DNA of 64,000 nucleotides from Mobula hypostoma (lineage: Eukaryota). The position numbers were made by a program, and so were the translations under genes. The notes below the pieces were generated by a model. That model was given only the letters and a program-made list of their open reading frames with translations, searched no databases and was not told the DNA's origin. Where the stretch lies: positions 187,986,001 to 188,050,000 of the forward strand of contig NC_086097.1 in NCBI RefSeq assembly GCF_963921235.1. The letters are read 5' to 3'. Shown here piece after piece: positions 37,604 through 49,369 of the stretch; the first letter of the stretch is position 1, and each line of letters opens with the position of its first letter.

Positions 37604-38754
37604 GCACCTCTTTCTATAGATGCTGCTTGGCCTGCTGCGTTCACCAGCAACTTTGATGTATGTTGCTTGAATTTCCAGCACCTGCAGAATTCCTGTTGTT
37701 TGCGTTAAAGCCATGGGCATTTGTTTTAGATGTTCCTGTCATGGGAAATTCACTCCAACCCTTTACCTCTGTTATGTCACCTTTCAGCCTCTTTTGCTCC
37801 AGGAAAAACAAACCTACCCTATCCAATGGTGGTGTGATGAAAAGTATGCTTTCCTTATTCATGTTTTGAGCATTGCTCACAGGGTGGCATTTATTTATCC
37901 TCTCCAAAGGCCATTGAGAAAATATTGCCTTATTGACCTGTTAGGGTGCTTGAGGTGATGAGGTCCACAGTGCTATTAAAGGATGGATTTACTGAATTTT
38001 GGCATGGAGTCTGTAGATACATGCAGATAAATTTCCAAGTCAGTTTGGTATGTAATGGTTGTGGACTTGGAGAATATGGTGTGCTCAAACATTTGTTGCC
38101 CTTGGAGATAGAAATCATGGATATTTCTCGTGTGTTTAAGGAAGACATGATAAATTATTATTGTAATTATAATGAAGTGACTCTTTAGGGTGATTACTAG
38201 CTATGCCTACCAAGTAGGAACTTATGTGGGATAGTGTCAAAATGCAATTGCAGTTTGTTTGCAGCAGGTAAGATCATCACAATGACAACTTTCTTGGAGA
38301 ATCGCAGGTGTTACTGCTTGGAGACATGCACAACAGACAGATGTTTCTTAAGTATTCTTGGAGAAGACACCCTCACCTCCAAGTACAATCAAATTTCCCT
38401 TTCCTTCTTATGAATCTTCTGGGTTCTGAGCTGTCTTTTGCCCTCATATCCTCTGGCCTATAATGCTGGGGTCCAAATTTCTGAAAGAATCCCCTTTGCT
38501 CCATATTCAAACAAAAAAGACTTGCCTTTTATAAAATAGACTCAGGATTCTTACCTGAAATCATGAACTTCCCTATACATTTCCCAAAAAAGCTAAAAGC
38601 CACTGAGTACTCCTTAAAGTACCACGGGGGTTTGAAGGGATCGGTCTTCTTGCTGTTATAGCTTGGTTTCCTATGCATGGTTATACAGTGTGTTAGCTGA
38701 ATACTTATGGCAAGTTCTGCCAGGCTACTATCTGATCAGTATTATACAAAAAGA

Positions 38755-39990
38755 ACAGCAACAATCAGTGTTAGTAAGACCAAGGAACTGATTGTGGATT
38801 TCAGGGAAGGGAAGTCAGATATACACCAGTGCTCATCGAGGGTAAGCAGGTTTAAGTTCCTGAATGTCATTATCTCTGAAGATATATCCTGGGCCCAACA
38901 TATTGATGCAATCATGAAGGCCAGCTTCTCTATTTCATTATGGGTTTGAGCTTTGGTATGTCACCAAAGACTTTAGCAAATTTCTACAGAGGTACTATGG
39001 ATAGCAGACTCGACTGGAAAACCAACACCAAGGCTGTTTACAAGAAAGGGATGAGCAAACTCTATTTTCTAAGAAAGCTGAGATCCTTCAATATGTGCAG
39101 CAAGATGTTGGAGACCTTTTACCAGTCTGCTGTAGTGAGTGCAGTCTTCTTTGTGGCTTTTTGTTGGGGGAGCAGCATTGGTGCCAGTGATGCAAAAAGA
39201 AACATATAAAAGCTACAGCACTATACAGGCCCTTCAGACCACAATGCTGTGCCGAACATGTACTTACTTTAGAAATTACCTAGGGTTACCCATAGCCCTC
39301 TATTTTTCTAAGCTCCATGTACCTATCCAGGAGCCTCTTAAAAGACCCTATTGTATCCTTATTGTAAAAGACTAAATACACTCATCAAAAAGGCTTGATC
39401 TGTCCTTGGCCACAACCCGGACTCTTCTATTATTATCATTATTATTGTGTATATTATTATTCTGTACTTTATTACTAGTTAAGTCTGCACATTGCTAAGT
39501 GTGTTTTTAAATGTTGCTGCTGTAGCAAAAGAATTTCCCATTCAGGATCAATAAAGTACTTATTGTTATAGCATTCTGAGTGGTTGCATCAGTCTAATTT
39601 GGAGATGCCAATGCAGAAGATCAGAAAAAGCTTCATAGGGTTGTAAATTCAGTCAACTCCACCATCGAAGCCATCTTCCACAGATATCCTCAATAAGATA
39701 ACATCTATCAATTAGGACCCTCACCACCCAGGACTTGTCCTCTTCTCATTACTACCATCAGAGAGGAGGTACAAGAGGCTGAAGACACACACTCACCACT
39801 TTAGGAATAGCTTCTTCTCCTTTGCCACCCGATTTCTGAATGGTTCATGAACACCACTTTTTGTGCTCTTTTTGAACGACCTAATTATTTTTATATTTCT
39901 TATAGTAACAGCATTTTTATGTATTGCACTGTATTACTGCTGCAATAAATTTATGACATATGTCAGTGAAAATCAACCTGATTCTGATTC
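38755..39990 (+). mobile_element. Rex1/Babar fragment containing a second Rex1-like fragment (39007-39567), which contains a CR1 3' end (~39200-39360, minus)
   Basis: VSKTKELIVDFR; LDWKTNTKAVYKKGMSKLYFLRKLRSF; ATAGCA duplicated at 39001-39006 and 39568-39573; CTGATTCTGATT tail. Confidence 0.75.
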
Positions 39991-40520
39991 CAATATAACC
40001 ATCAGTCTGTACTACTTCCGATATGCAAGTGGGGTAAATGCCTGAATTGTGATCAAAATGGAAGCAAATCAATACACGCAGCATTTGGAGAAAAACACAA
40101 TTTTATAAATGATATATTTTACAGTAATTATAAAAGTTGTGTTTCATAACTAATCAAAAACAATCATGATCAGTCATGATTTTATCAAAGATCAATACAA
40201 ATTTGAGAAACCATGTGACTTCCTCCAGCACCTAAGTTCTACATTTGTACGTAGTTCATAATTGGCATTGGTCTGGTACAGTATTTGCATCAGCTATGTT
40301 CTTACTGATGCTAGTAAAATTTGTATGATTGTGGTTATTAGACCTTTTGTTTGCAATGAGATTAACCTAAAAGCTTTGTGATCATGTGTCATGTAGCTTT
40401 ACATTTAAGATTTTCCAGAGTAAGCATTCTAAATAAATAATACCAAATACAAAAATATAACTCTAATGAGGAAACCTAAATTTAATTGACATATCCGTTT
40501 GCTATGTCATTCATTGAAGG

Positions 40521-40526
40521 TTTATT
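40521..40526 (-). promoter_or_regulatory. Candidate poly(A) signal of CNBD1-like gene
   Basis: AATAAA on minus strand ~310 nt after the stop codon; AT-rich context makes this weak. Confidence 0.35.
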
Positions 40527-40838
40527 TGCTGGAGAAAAATAAGTTAATTGAATCCCCTTGTAGCCGACAAATAAAGTATTTTTCAGTATGTGAAGTGAAA
40601 GTGGGAAAACAATACAGTAATACACTATGAAAGATCATACCATGTACATTGTTTATAAGACACAACAGTCTTAAATAATGAAAATAAATAAAGGAAATAC
40701 TGAAAATAATATTTAGTTTCCTGTTCTACGGCAATATACTTTTTTAAGAGACATAAGAGGTGGGAAATGGGAGCACAAATAGTGAACTCCAATTGTTAGT
40801 AAGAATTAGATGATTAAAGATCCATCTTGTTGTTTCAA

Positions 40839-40967
40839 TCAGGTCATAGACTTAAACGAAGGACACAGTTTTGCCTTTGATCGTTCATTTCTACTCCAGC
40901 TTTGGTTCCATTTTCCAACATCAAATTTTATTCCTCTGTACAAAATGGTTTCTTTGATCACTTTTTC
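40839..40967 (-). CDS. CNBD1: CNBD1-like terminal coding exon: EKVIKETILYRGIKFDVGKWNQSWSRNERSKAKLCPSFKSMT*
   Basis: Acceptor ..catttctaatag|GAA, phase 0 matching the upstream exon; TGA at 40841-40839. Confidence 0.8.
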   Translation of the reverse strand, partial: EKVIKETILYRGIKFDVGKWNQSWSRNERSKAKLCPSFKSMT

Positions 40968-42534
40968 CTATTAGAAATGACAGCAAAATTAATCAAAGTT
41001 CTTCATTCTCAAATAGGACAAGTAACCTATCTCTTGTAATATTACTACAGAATTTTACTTGAGCACACAGGACTCATTCCAAACTGCAGTAAATAAATCT
41101 GCAACACACCTTTTTTAAAAATTTAAACACAGGATGAGGGCAATGCTGGCTGGTTCACTCTTTATTCCCATCCCCTATTCCCGTTGTGAACTGTCTTCCT
41201 GAACTGCTACATCTATTTGTTGAAGATTCTCAATGGTGCTGTTAGAAATCAGGTACCAGGATATGGATCTCTGTAGTAATGAAGAATTAGCATGTAATGT
41301 CCGTCAGTGCAGTTTATGACCTGGAAGGAAATCTGATGGTAGTGGCATTTTTGTGGCATGTTGTGCTCGTCTTCCTGAGTGATGGAATACATGATTTTGA
41401 AAGAATCTGTCTAAGAAGTCTTGGTAAGTTGCTGCAATTCTTGGCAGTTATAGTGTATTGATGGCGAGTCAAACAAATGCTTGTATATTTATCAACTGAT
41501 TACCTTTCCTGCATTGTTCTCCATTTATTTCTGGGACTCTTCATCAGTGTCAAATTAGCTTTGGGAAGTATTTCAGATTGGGTAATTACCCATTTTACCT
41601 TAAGTGGCAAAAAATATTGCAATCACTATGATCCCAAGTGATTTATTTTGTGGAACTCAAGGTAAATGACAAGTTAGGACCCTAGGGTCCCATTATCAAC
41701 TGAGCACCATATTTACCAGATGGGATCATCAGATGACATTTCCTTCATTGTTTATAAACAGACCAGAATAAAATAATATTTTATCTTTTACTCATCCCAC
41801 ATCTAATTAATGACTTCAATGTAGCAATGAATCTGATTTTTCATTCTTAATTATTCTTTTCAAATGAAAATAATATCTATATAATTCAGAATCCCTAAAA
41901 CAATAAGACTGATCATCCCAAAATTTTACAAAAAGCTTTCCAGAATTGACTCATTTTCTTCACTTGTTTAGAAGACAAGGGTTCAATACTACTCCAACAG
42001 ATCTGACATGTTCTGTTGAGAAGTACCATCTTTTTTGTGAGTGCTCATAAATAGTCCCGTGGCATTATTTCAAAGAAGAACAAATGGGTTCTCTTCAGCT
42101 TCCTGGACGGCATTTACTACTCAGCCTCTTTCACTGACACAAAAAATATGGTCATTATCTCATTACTGTTAGTGATACCTTACTTGTTGCTAAGCAGCTG
42201 CTGCATTTACTTACCAGAATTCTAAATACCTCATTCGCTCTTATTTGCTGAACTGCTTTATAAGATGCTATGATCATGTGGTTCATTACAGAAATGCAAG
42301 TTCATCCTATATTCAATCCTAGATCCAAGTATCTAATTCTTAGAAAAACTCTTGAGTTTAGTTTGTTATTTAAGAACAATTGTTCATGAATTTGCATGTT
42401 GGCAAATGCAATCAAAATGCAGTTTAATAGTTGGCAATTGGTAACTGGTTTATTGTGTACTGAGAGACAGTGCAAAGCTTTTGGTTGCATGCCATCTAGA
42501 TAAATCATTCTATACACAAGGACTTTGATGGCCC

Positions 42535-43345
42535 CAACAGACTCACAGGTGGAGTGTTGCCTCGCCTGGAAGGGCTGTTTGATGCCCTGAATGGTAGTGA
42601 GGGATGAGGGGTAGGGGCAGGTGTAGCACTTGTTCTGCTTGCAAGGATAAGTGCTACTGTATCAGGTGCTCCTGGTGTGGCCTCCTGTATATTGGATTGG
42701 GATGTAGATTGGGAGACAGCTTCACTGAGCACCTACGCTCCGTCAGCCAGATAAAGCAGGGTCTCCCAGTGGCCACCCATTTTAATTCTACTTCCCATTC
42801 TCATTTTGACATGTCAGTCCATGGCCTTCTGTACTGCCGTGAAGAGGCCACACTCAAGTTGAAGGAGCAACACCTTATATTCCATCTGGGTAGTCTCCAA
42901 CCTGATGGCATGAACAATTTCTCGAACATCTGGTGATGGCCCCCCACTCTCCTTTACCATTCCCCATTCCCATTTCCCTCTCTCACCTTATCTGCTTACC
43001 TGCCTATCACCTCTCTCTGGTGGTCCTCCTCCTTCCTTTTCTTCCATGGTCTTTTGTCCAGTCCTATCAGATTCCCCCTTCCATAGTCCTTTATCTCTTT
43101 CACCAATCCACTTTCCTCTCTTTACTTCACCACTCCCCCTTCCCGATTTCAAACAACACCTACAACATTGTAGTTCTTCCTCCTTTCCCCCCATCTTCTT
43201 ATTCTGACTGCTCATCTTTTTTCTTCAGTCCTGATGAAGAGTCTCGGCCCAAAAGGTCGACTGGTTACTCTTTTCCATTGATGCTGCCTGACCTACTGAG
43301 ATCCCCCAGCATTTTGTGAGGGTTGCTTGGATTTCCAGCATCTGC
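42535..43345. mobile_element. PLE with GIY-YIG remnant (plus), short inverted 5' piece and degenerate hammerhead (43226-43263)
   Basis: ORF 42604-42936 YCIRCSWCGLLYIG..HFNS..LGSLQPDGMN; CAGTC CTGATGA..AAAAG GTC GACTG. Confidence 0.88.
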
Positions 43346-46194
43346 AGATTTTCTCTTGTTTATATACTTAATTTAACTGTGTTTTTCCTCTATATTTATT
43401 TATCGTGTATTTCATTGTACTGCTGCCATGAAGTCTACAAATTTCACAATATTGGGAGGCTTTAATCGCAACTACAATTGCTGTTCAAGTGGACTGCAAA
43501 GTCATTCATCAACTAGAAGCCCTGGATGAACCATGAAATCCCGCAGTCTGCTGAGGGCCAGTTCAGAAGTATCAAGTCTGACGCCCAAGAAAGTTACAAG
43601 AGGTCCAGGTACGATTTCTGGAAAGCCAGTGATATTAAACTTGATTCTAATTCTAATTCTGATCCTGAACTGCCACTTTGCCTGTGAGATGGCTTTCCAG
43701 AAATCGTACCTGAACCTCTTGTAACTCTTGTAACCTAATTTCTCTCCTCGGTATTTAAAACCTTTAAAATAGAAAACAATTGGCCTTTGTGATCTCAAAG
43801 TTTCCAAGCACACCATTTTGGAGTTCTGCAGATATCACAAACCTGCATCTTCCATTATTTAATTTTGATATGGCAAGGAGTTAAAGAAGAAGAGTTCAAT
43901 TAGTGAGCCACCTAATTCTCCTTGTGTTGGTTTAGAATGTAGAAAAATATTTAATGAAGATTAAGATTCTAGTCAAGGTGGTGCCTGAGTACAATGCCCC
44001 TTTGGTCGACATCCGCTGGATTGATCATAAAACAGTATATTTCAATGCCTTTACGTCTTCTATGTTTGTTTTTCATCTTGAATATAATTCTGGAACTACG
44101 GGAGCCTGCAATTTGCAGCTTGGAGGTCATCTTGAGGGAATTCACAGAGGCAGCTTGTGGGAACCTCCTGGCAAGAAGGCTGTGAGCTGATGTTTGACTC
44201 TATTTCGCTGATTAAAGCTTTCAATGTTTGCCAATTAAAGCAATGAGGGTGATTGAAACGTCAGCTGTCTGGCTTTTTATCGCTGGGGGATCACTCTGCT
44301 GCCAGAGAGGGGAGACAGCCTTTTTATTACTGGTGAGATCACTCTGCTACGGAGAGAGAGAATGATGCCCTGATTTTCTGCATTTTGGATGTGGACTTTT
44401 TTTTCAGTCTCATGGTATTTTTTACTCTGTGTTTTTCGCACGATCTTTCTCCATTTTTGTATGAAGGGGAGGGGGATTTGGGGGTTGATATACCCGTTCC
44501 ATTTTTGTTTGTTTTTTTGTGTGGGGCGGAGAGATTTGGGGGTGAACATACATGCTGCTGTTCTTTTCTTTCTTGGTTTTGTGGCTATCTGAAGAAGAAG
44601 AATTCCGGAGTTGTATACTTTGATAATAAATGAAGCTTTGATTGCAATTAGTTTTATTTATCACATATACATCGAAACATCAAAGCATACAGTGAAATCC
44701 GTCATTTGCATTGATGACCAACAGTCTGAGCATGTGCTGGGGACAGTCCACAAGTTTGCCAAGCTTCTGGTGACAACATAGCAGGTCCACAACTTACTAA
44801 ACCTAACCTAAAAAGTCTTTAGGAAATGGGAGGAAACTGGACTGCCCACAGGAATCTCATCCGCTCACAAGAAGAACATACAAACGTCTTAAGATAGCGA
44901 CAGGAAATGATCCCTGATATTCTGACTGCTGTAAAGCATTTCACTAATTGCTACGCTACCATGCCAACCTTGGTGGACGAATTGGAAGAAGATAAAATTA
45001 TTTAAAACTGTTTCCCCCAAAACATGCTCTGCGAATTTCTTCTTTGAAACACAGCATTACAGGATACCCATTAATTTCTGATTTTATCATTCCCACAGTT
45101 GTGGGGTGTCTTGCAATTTTTTAACCTCGGGTTTGTAAATGCATTCATAGCGGACTGCATACACCAGGTCAAAGAGAGGACATACAGTCTATTCATTGCC
45201 TCCTTTTAAAGATAAAATGGAATTTTGGCACAGCAAAGTTTTACATTAATCTGAGGGTTATAATTTCCCTACATTGCACTTTTAATATTTAACAAATCAA
45301 AGGAGGATTGTGTGAGATCCAGAATGCACCCCTGCAACAGGCAGAAACTGCAACTCACAATCTAGAGATGTAGCCTCATTAACTGAAGACAATTTAGGCT
45401 AAGTATTATAGGACAAGCTTAATTAGAGAGAACATAAAATCAATGCTGAGTTAGCATACCATATGGATAACATTTCTGACTTTGCTATTTAAGGTAATGA
45501 CCAGAAAATCAGAATTACTTCTATACGATTGAATGTACTTATCTTCATGCACAATTGCCAAATCTGCATCCCTAGCCTATTAGAGCCCCATTTCATTAAT
45601 CCAGCAATGCAAAACATACCTTCATACAGCCATATTTATCATACTATAGTATTTCAAAATATTTCTGAGAAAAAGCAAGTTGATGAAAGGACAATGGCGA
45701 TTACTGAAGGGCTTTGGCCCCAAAATGGTCAGTATTTCAGTTAGGTCATGAAAGCCAACAATGGATCTACAAACAAGTTGAGTTCAGCAATAGCAGGAAT
45801 GAGAGAACACAGAAGTTATAAGGACAAGGCAAGAATCAGGTGGGATAAGACTACATTTGGATTATAGGCAATGTGTAAGGGAGAGAAGAGGCAATTGAGT
45901 GGGGCAGAACTATTGCCAGTGTTTATTTTTGCTTTAATAATGCTCCTATAATAGTTGTAATTATTGACAGAGAAAAGTGAGAACTGATAGCACTGATGTG
46001 ATCCAACAGGAGCTGGAATTAGATAACTAAACTGATCGTATGGGAGGTACACTTAAATTTTTGTTCTTGAACTTCAGAAAACATACAAAATGGGATCAGG
46101 CAGGGAGAACATGTTTCATTGCTGGCAAGAACAATTACATTAGTAATGAAGAACTGATTTAGTAGGACTGATATTAATATAAAAATCAATATAC

Positions 46195-46770
46195 TATATA
46201 TGCTAGAAATCTAAAACAAAAAATGTAAGACAGGAATCAATCAGCAGATTATGCAGCATCTGTGGAAAGAGAAACAACGTTTCAAATCAACAACTCTTCA
46301 TCAGCACAGAGAAAGAGAGAAATCAACATGCAGAAGGCAAGGCATCAATAGATAAAACAAGTTTGATGTCAGCATTGCTATTTGAGATAAATTGTTGAAG
46401 TGATCTTGTTGATGGGTTATTGAAGGCAGATAATGAGGGAAAACACAAGCAAAGAAATGTTGGAGCTATGAAAATCTGGGAATATTAAGCAAATAATAGA
46501 GAGAGAGAGAGGAAATAAGAAAATATTACGGCATAGATGACCTAAGGTTGAATTGACCAGTTCCGAAGCAGAGAGAGTGAGTTAGTTGAGAATGTTGTAC
46601 TTATTATAAAGTAAGACAGGCTGCAATATTTTCAGATAGAAAATAAAGGTGCTGTTCTTCAAGCTTATATTGGACGTTGAATCATGAAGAAGATAAGGCA
46701 GATAGATCAGAATGGAAATGGGCTAGAGGATTAAAGTAACAGGCAACCACAAGCTTAAGGCCTTTTCTAT
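46195..46770 (-). mobile_element. Old PLE 3' remnant with hammerhead core boxes (46276-46304)
   Basis: Reverse complement CTGATGA AGAGTTGTTGATTT GAAAC GTT; KLEEQHL-like remnant at ~46650. Confidence 0.6.
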
Positions 46771-47006
46771 CATTAGAAAACATGGACTTTTGTAGAAATC
46801 AAATTGAAATAGTTTAGGTTGGATCCAGATCCAATACATTTTCCAGAGCCGTCTGACTCCTAGCATTTTGAAGCTTTCAAATTTCTTCTCTGATATCACT
46901 TTCTTGTTTCCTTTTAGAAAACTGCCTAGCTACTTTCCACAGTTCTAAAATCTGATAGTATTTTGTTCAAGGAATATTGGCACCTTACCTAGGATCCCAA
47001 GATTAA

Positions 47007-47164
47007 GCAACACACATAAAAAATGCTGGTGAACGCAGCAGGCCAAGCAGCAACTATTGGAAGAGGTATAGCATCTATAGATGCTGCCTAGCCTGCTGCA
47101 TTTACCAGCATTTTTTATGTGTGTTGCTCGAGTTTCCAGTATCTGCAGATTTCCTCGTGTTTGT
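47007..47164. mobile_element. Palindromic mini-PLE (hairpin)
   Basis: 14-bp TSD GATCCCAAGATTAA (46993-47006 and 47165-47178). Confidence 0.9.
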
Positions 47165-47309
47165 GATCCCAAGATTAATGTTATTTGAAGTCACAAAACT
47201 TAGAAGCTTAAAGTAGGCACGTTAAACATACCAACGTTAGCAGGATTTATAATATTAAATGTGCTCACCCAAGTCAGTCAATGAAACCTTTTGTATTAAA
47301 TGCATTTAC

Positions 47310-47369
47310 CTTAAACTTTCTCCACTTTTTCTCCTTTTCCAGAAAAACATATCTATTACTGATTTCTTC
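47310..47369 (-). CDS. CNBD1: CNBD1-like exon (60 nt): EEISNRYVFLEKEKKWRKFK
   Basis: ttttgattatgcag|GAA ... AAG|gtaaat; phase 0-0, in frame with neighbours. Confidence 0.85.
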
Positions 47370-47539
47370 CTGCATAATCAAAAAAACTCAATTAAAAAAT
47401 GTTTTTATGAACAAATAATGCAAGGTTTATAATTAAAACCTAGTTTAATTTTTTATATGTGATTTTGAAATTTTAAGAAAAACTGTCTCTACTCCAACAA
47501 TTAATTTAGTGTTAAGAGGATGATAGATTCTAAACTACC

Positions 47540-48555
47540 AGGGCGTGAGCAATTGAGGAACCACCGATCAGCAAGAGGCGGTGCATAAAAAGAGCTACCT
47601 TTCAGTCAGGTCTGCGTTCAGGATCTATAAAGGTAGAGTTTTGTGGTAGTTCCTGTGAGTTGAGGAATGACCAGTCAACAAGAGAGATTCATTAGGAAGG
47701 GCCACAGCGCAAGCCGAGCAGCCACTCTTTGAGTGTGCCAGTGTTTAGAGTGGCTTTGGGGTATCAGGCTTGGGTGAAGTAAAGTACTTGGTAGGTTTAT
47801 CACTTCTGTTCTTATTTGTTCATCCTTATCTGTTAGGGCATAGTAGTGTTGTGAGATTGGCTCCAAGAGCAGTGTTTTGTACTGTGTGTGGGATGAGGGA
47901 AGTCTGAGAGGTCTCGAGTCTCCAAGATAAACACCAGGTGCAACATCTGCAACTCCTGAGAGAATGTATTAAGGAACTGAAGCTGCAGCTCAATGACCTT
48001 CAATTCATATAGGAGAACAAGGAGGTGATAGATAGGAACTACAGTGAGGTTCTCACCCTTAGATTGCAGGATACAGTTAACTGGGTGACTGTCAGGAGAA
48101 GGAGAGGAAATGCACAGCCAGTGCAGAGTACACCTGTGGCTGTTTCCCTCAATAATAACTAAACAACTTTAGATACTTTGAGAGGGGTGGCTTAATGGGA
48201 GAAGCCACTGTGAGCAGGTCTCTGGCAGAACAGCAGAGAGGTAAAGAGGACTGCAGTGTTGATAGGAGATTCCATATTCAGAGGAACAGAGACGTGATTC
48301 TGTGGACACAATAGACACCCGGATGGTATTTTGCCTCCCAAGTGTAAGATCAGGGATGTCTCAGATCGGGTCCATGGCATTCTCAAAGGTGAGGGAAAGC
48401 AGCCAGAAGTCTTGGTACATATTGGCATCAATGACAGAGGTAGATAAGGTGAAGTCGTCCTGAAGAGAGATTTTAGGGAGCAAGGTAGAAAGCTGAAAGC
48501 AGGATCTCCAGGATAGTAATCTTTAAATTGCTGCCAATGAGGGTAAGAATAGGTT
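47540..48555 (+). mobile_element. CR1 5'UTR and ORF1 remnant (Cys motif, coiled coil, SGNH esterase)
   Basis: AVFCTVCG, WVTVRR, VQSTPVAVSLNN, AVLIGDSIFRG, VLVHIGIND, homologous to 20837-21326. Confidence 0.85.
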
Positions 48556-48559
48556 GAAC

Positions 48560-49355
48560 TTTAGGTATTCTACTCCAAGAAAATTGGGTACTGCAGGGCT
48601 ACTCCATCAGTGAGCTCTTCACTGATTGGAGTAACTGGACTGGTGTCGGCGGCAGAGTCGGCTGAGGTGTTGAAGGGATCGACCATGATATCGGAGGAAC
48701 CAGTCAGGATATCGGATATTGCTGATACGTCAGAGGAGACAGTTTGGGTACGAAAGAGTTGACCTGTCTGTAGACCGTGTTGTCCGCTATGCGAAAGCAT
48801 CAGAGTTGGTGCGGTATGACCGTGGGAAATTGTCTCAGACATTTCACTTGCAATCGCAAGACTCTGTTGAACAGTGATAATGTAAGTTGCTACAGGTGTG
48901 TAACCCTTGTCCAGTGGCGGGTCAGTCGACACAGGCGCGGTGTTTCCTCAGTGGTAGAAAGAACTAGGCCTCAAGTCTTAGGGTTGCCTCTGCTGCAGTC
49001 CAGGTGGAGGTGGAGATGCAGAAGCACTACAGCATAGTTGAGTTCAGCTGGGGCCTAGCCTCACCCGTCAATGCTGCCCTCCCACGTTCAAGCGGTGGAA
49101 TGACAGGCTGGATTGCATGCGTCTGTACACTACTGGGAGACTGTACCATTGCAGGACATTGTCGCACAGGGACTTGTATTATATATGATTTTTTTTTTAC
49201 AATGAATGTGCCTCTTTGCTAGATATTTTGAATTATGTTACTTGCTATTTTTGAATGTTTGCTTGCTATTTTGAATGATTTCCACCTTGGCCCTGGAGAA
49301 ACACTGTCTCACTCAGATGTATGGTTTGAATGATAATTAAACTTGATTTGATTTT
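48560..49355 (+). mobile_element. Unclassified, probably non-autonomous retroposon (CpG-rich body, LINE-like tail)
   Basis: CpG-rich 48570-49170; tail ..GAATGATAATTAAACTTGATTTGA. Confidence 0.45.
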
Positions 49356-49369
49356 TTAAAATTTGAGAT

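Larger units (their letters stand above)
37236..37703. mobile_element. Inverted PLE with two full ends, no TSD
   Basis: GCAAACAACAGG...CCTGTTGTTTGC termini; arms ~37236-37415 and ~37523-37703. Confidence 0.9.

Noticed and set aside
38555..38670. Open minus frame ending at CAG|gtaag (KPSYNSKKTDPFKPPWYFK..)
   Set aside because: No polypyrimidine acceptor, not recognisable, downstream of the terminal exon
48570..48932. 120-aa minus ORF
   Set aside because: Low-complexity Ser/Thr-rich translation of a GC-rich repeat-like segment; no domain or splice support
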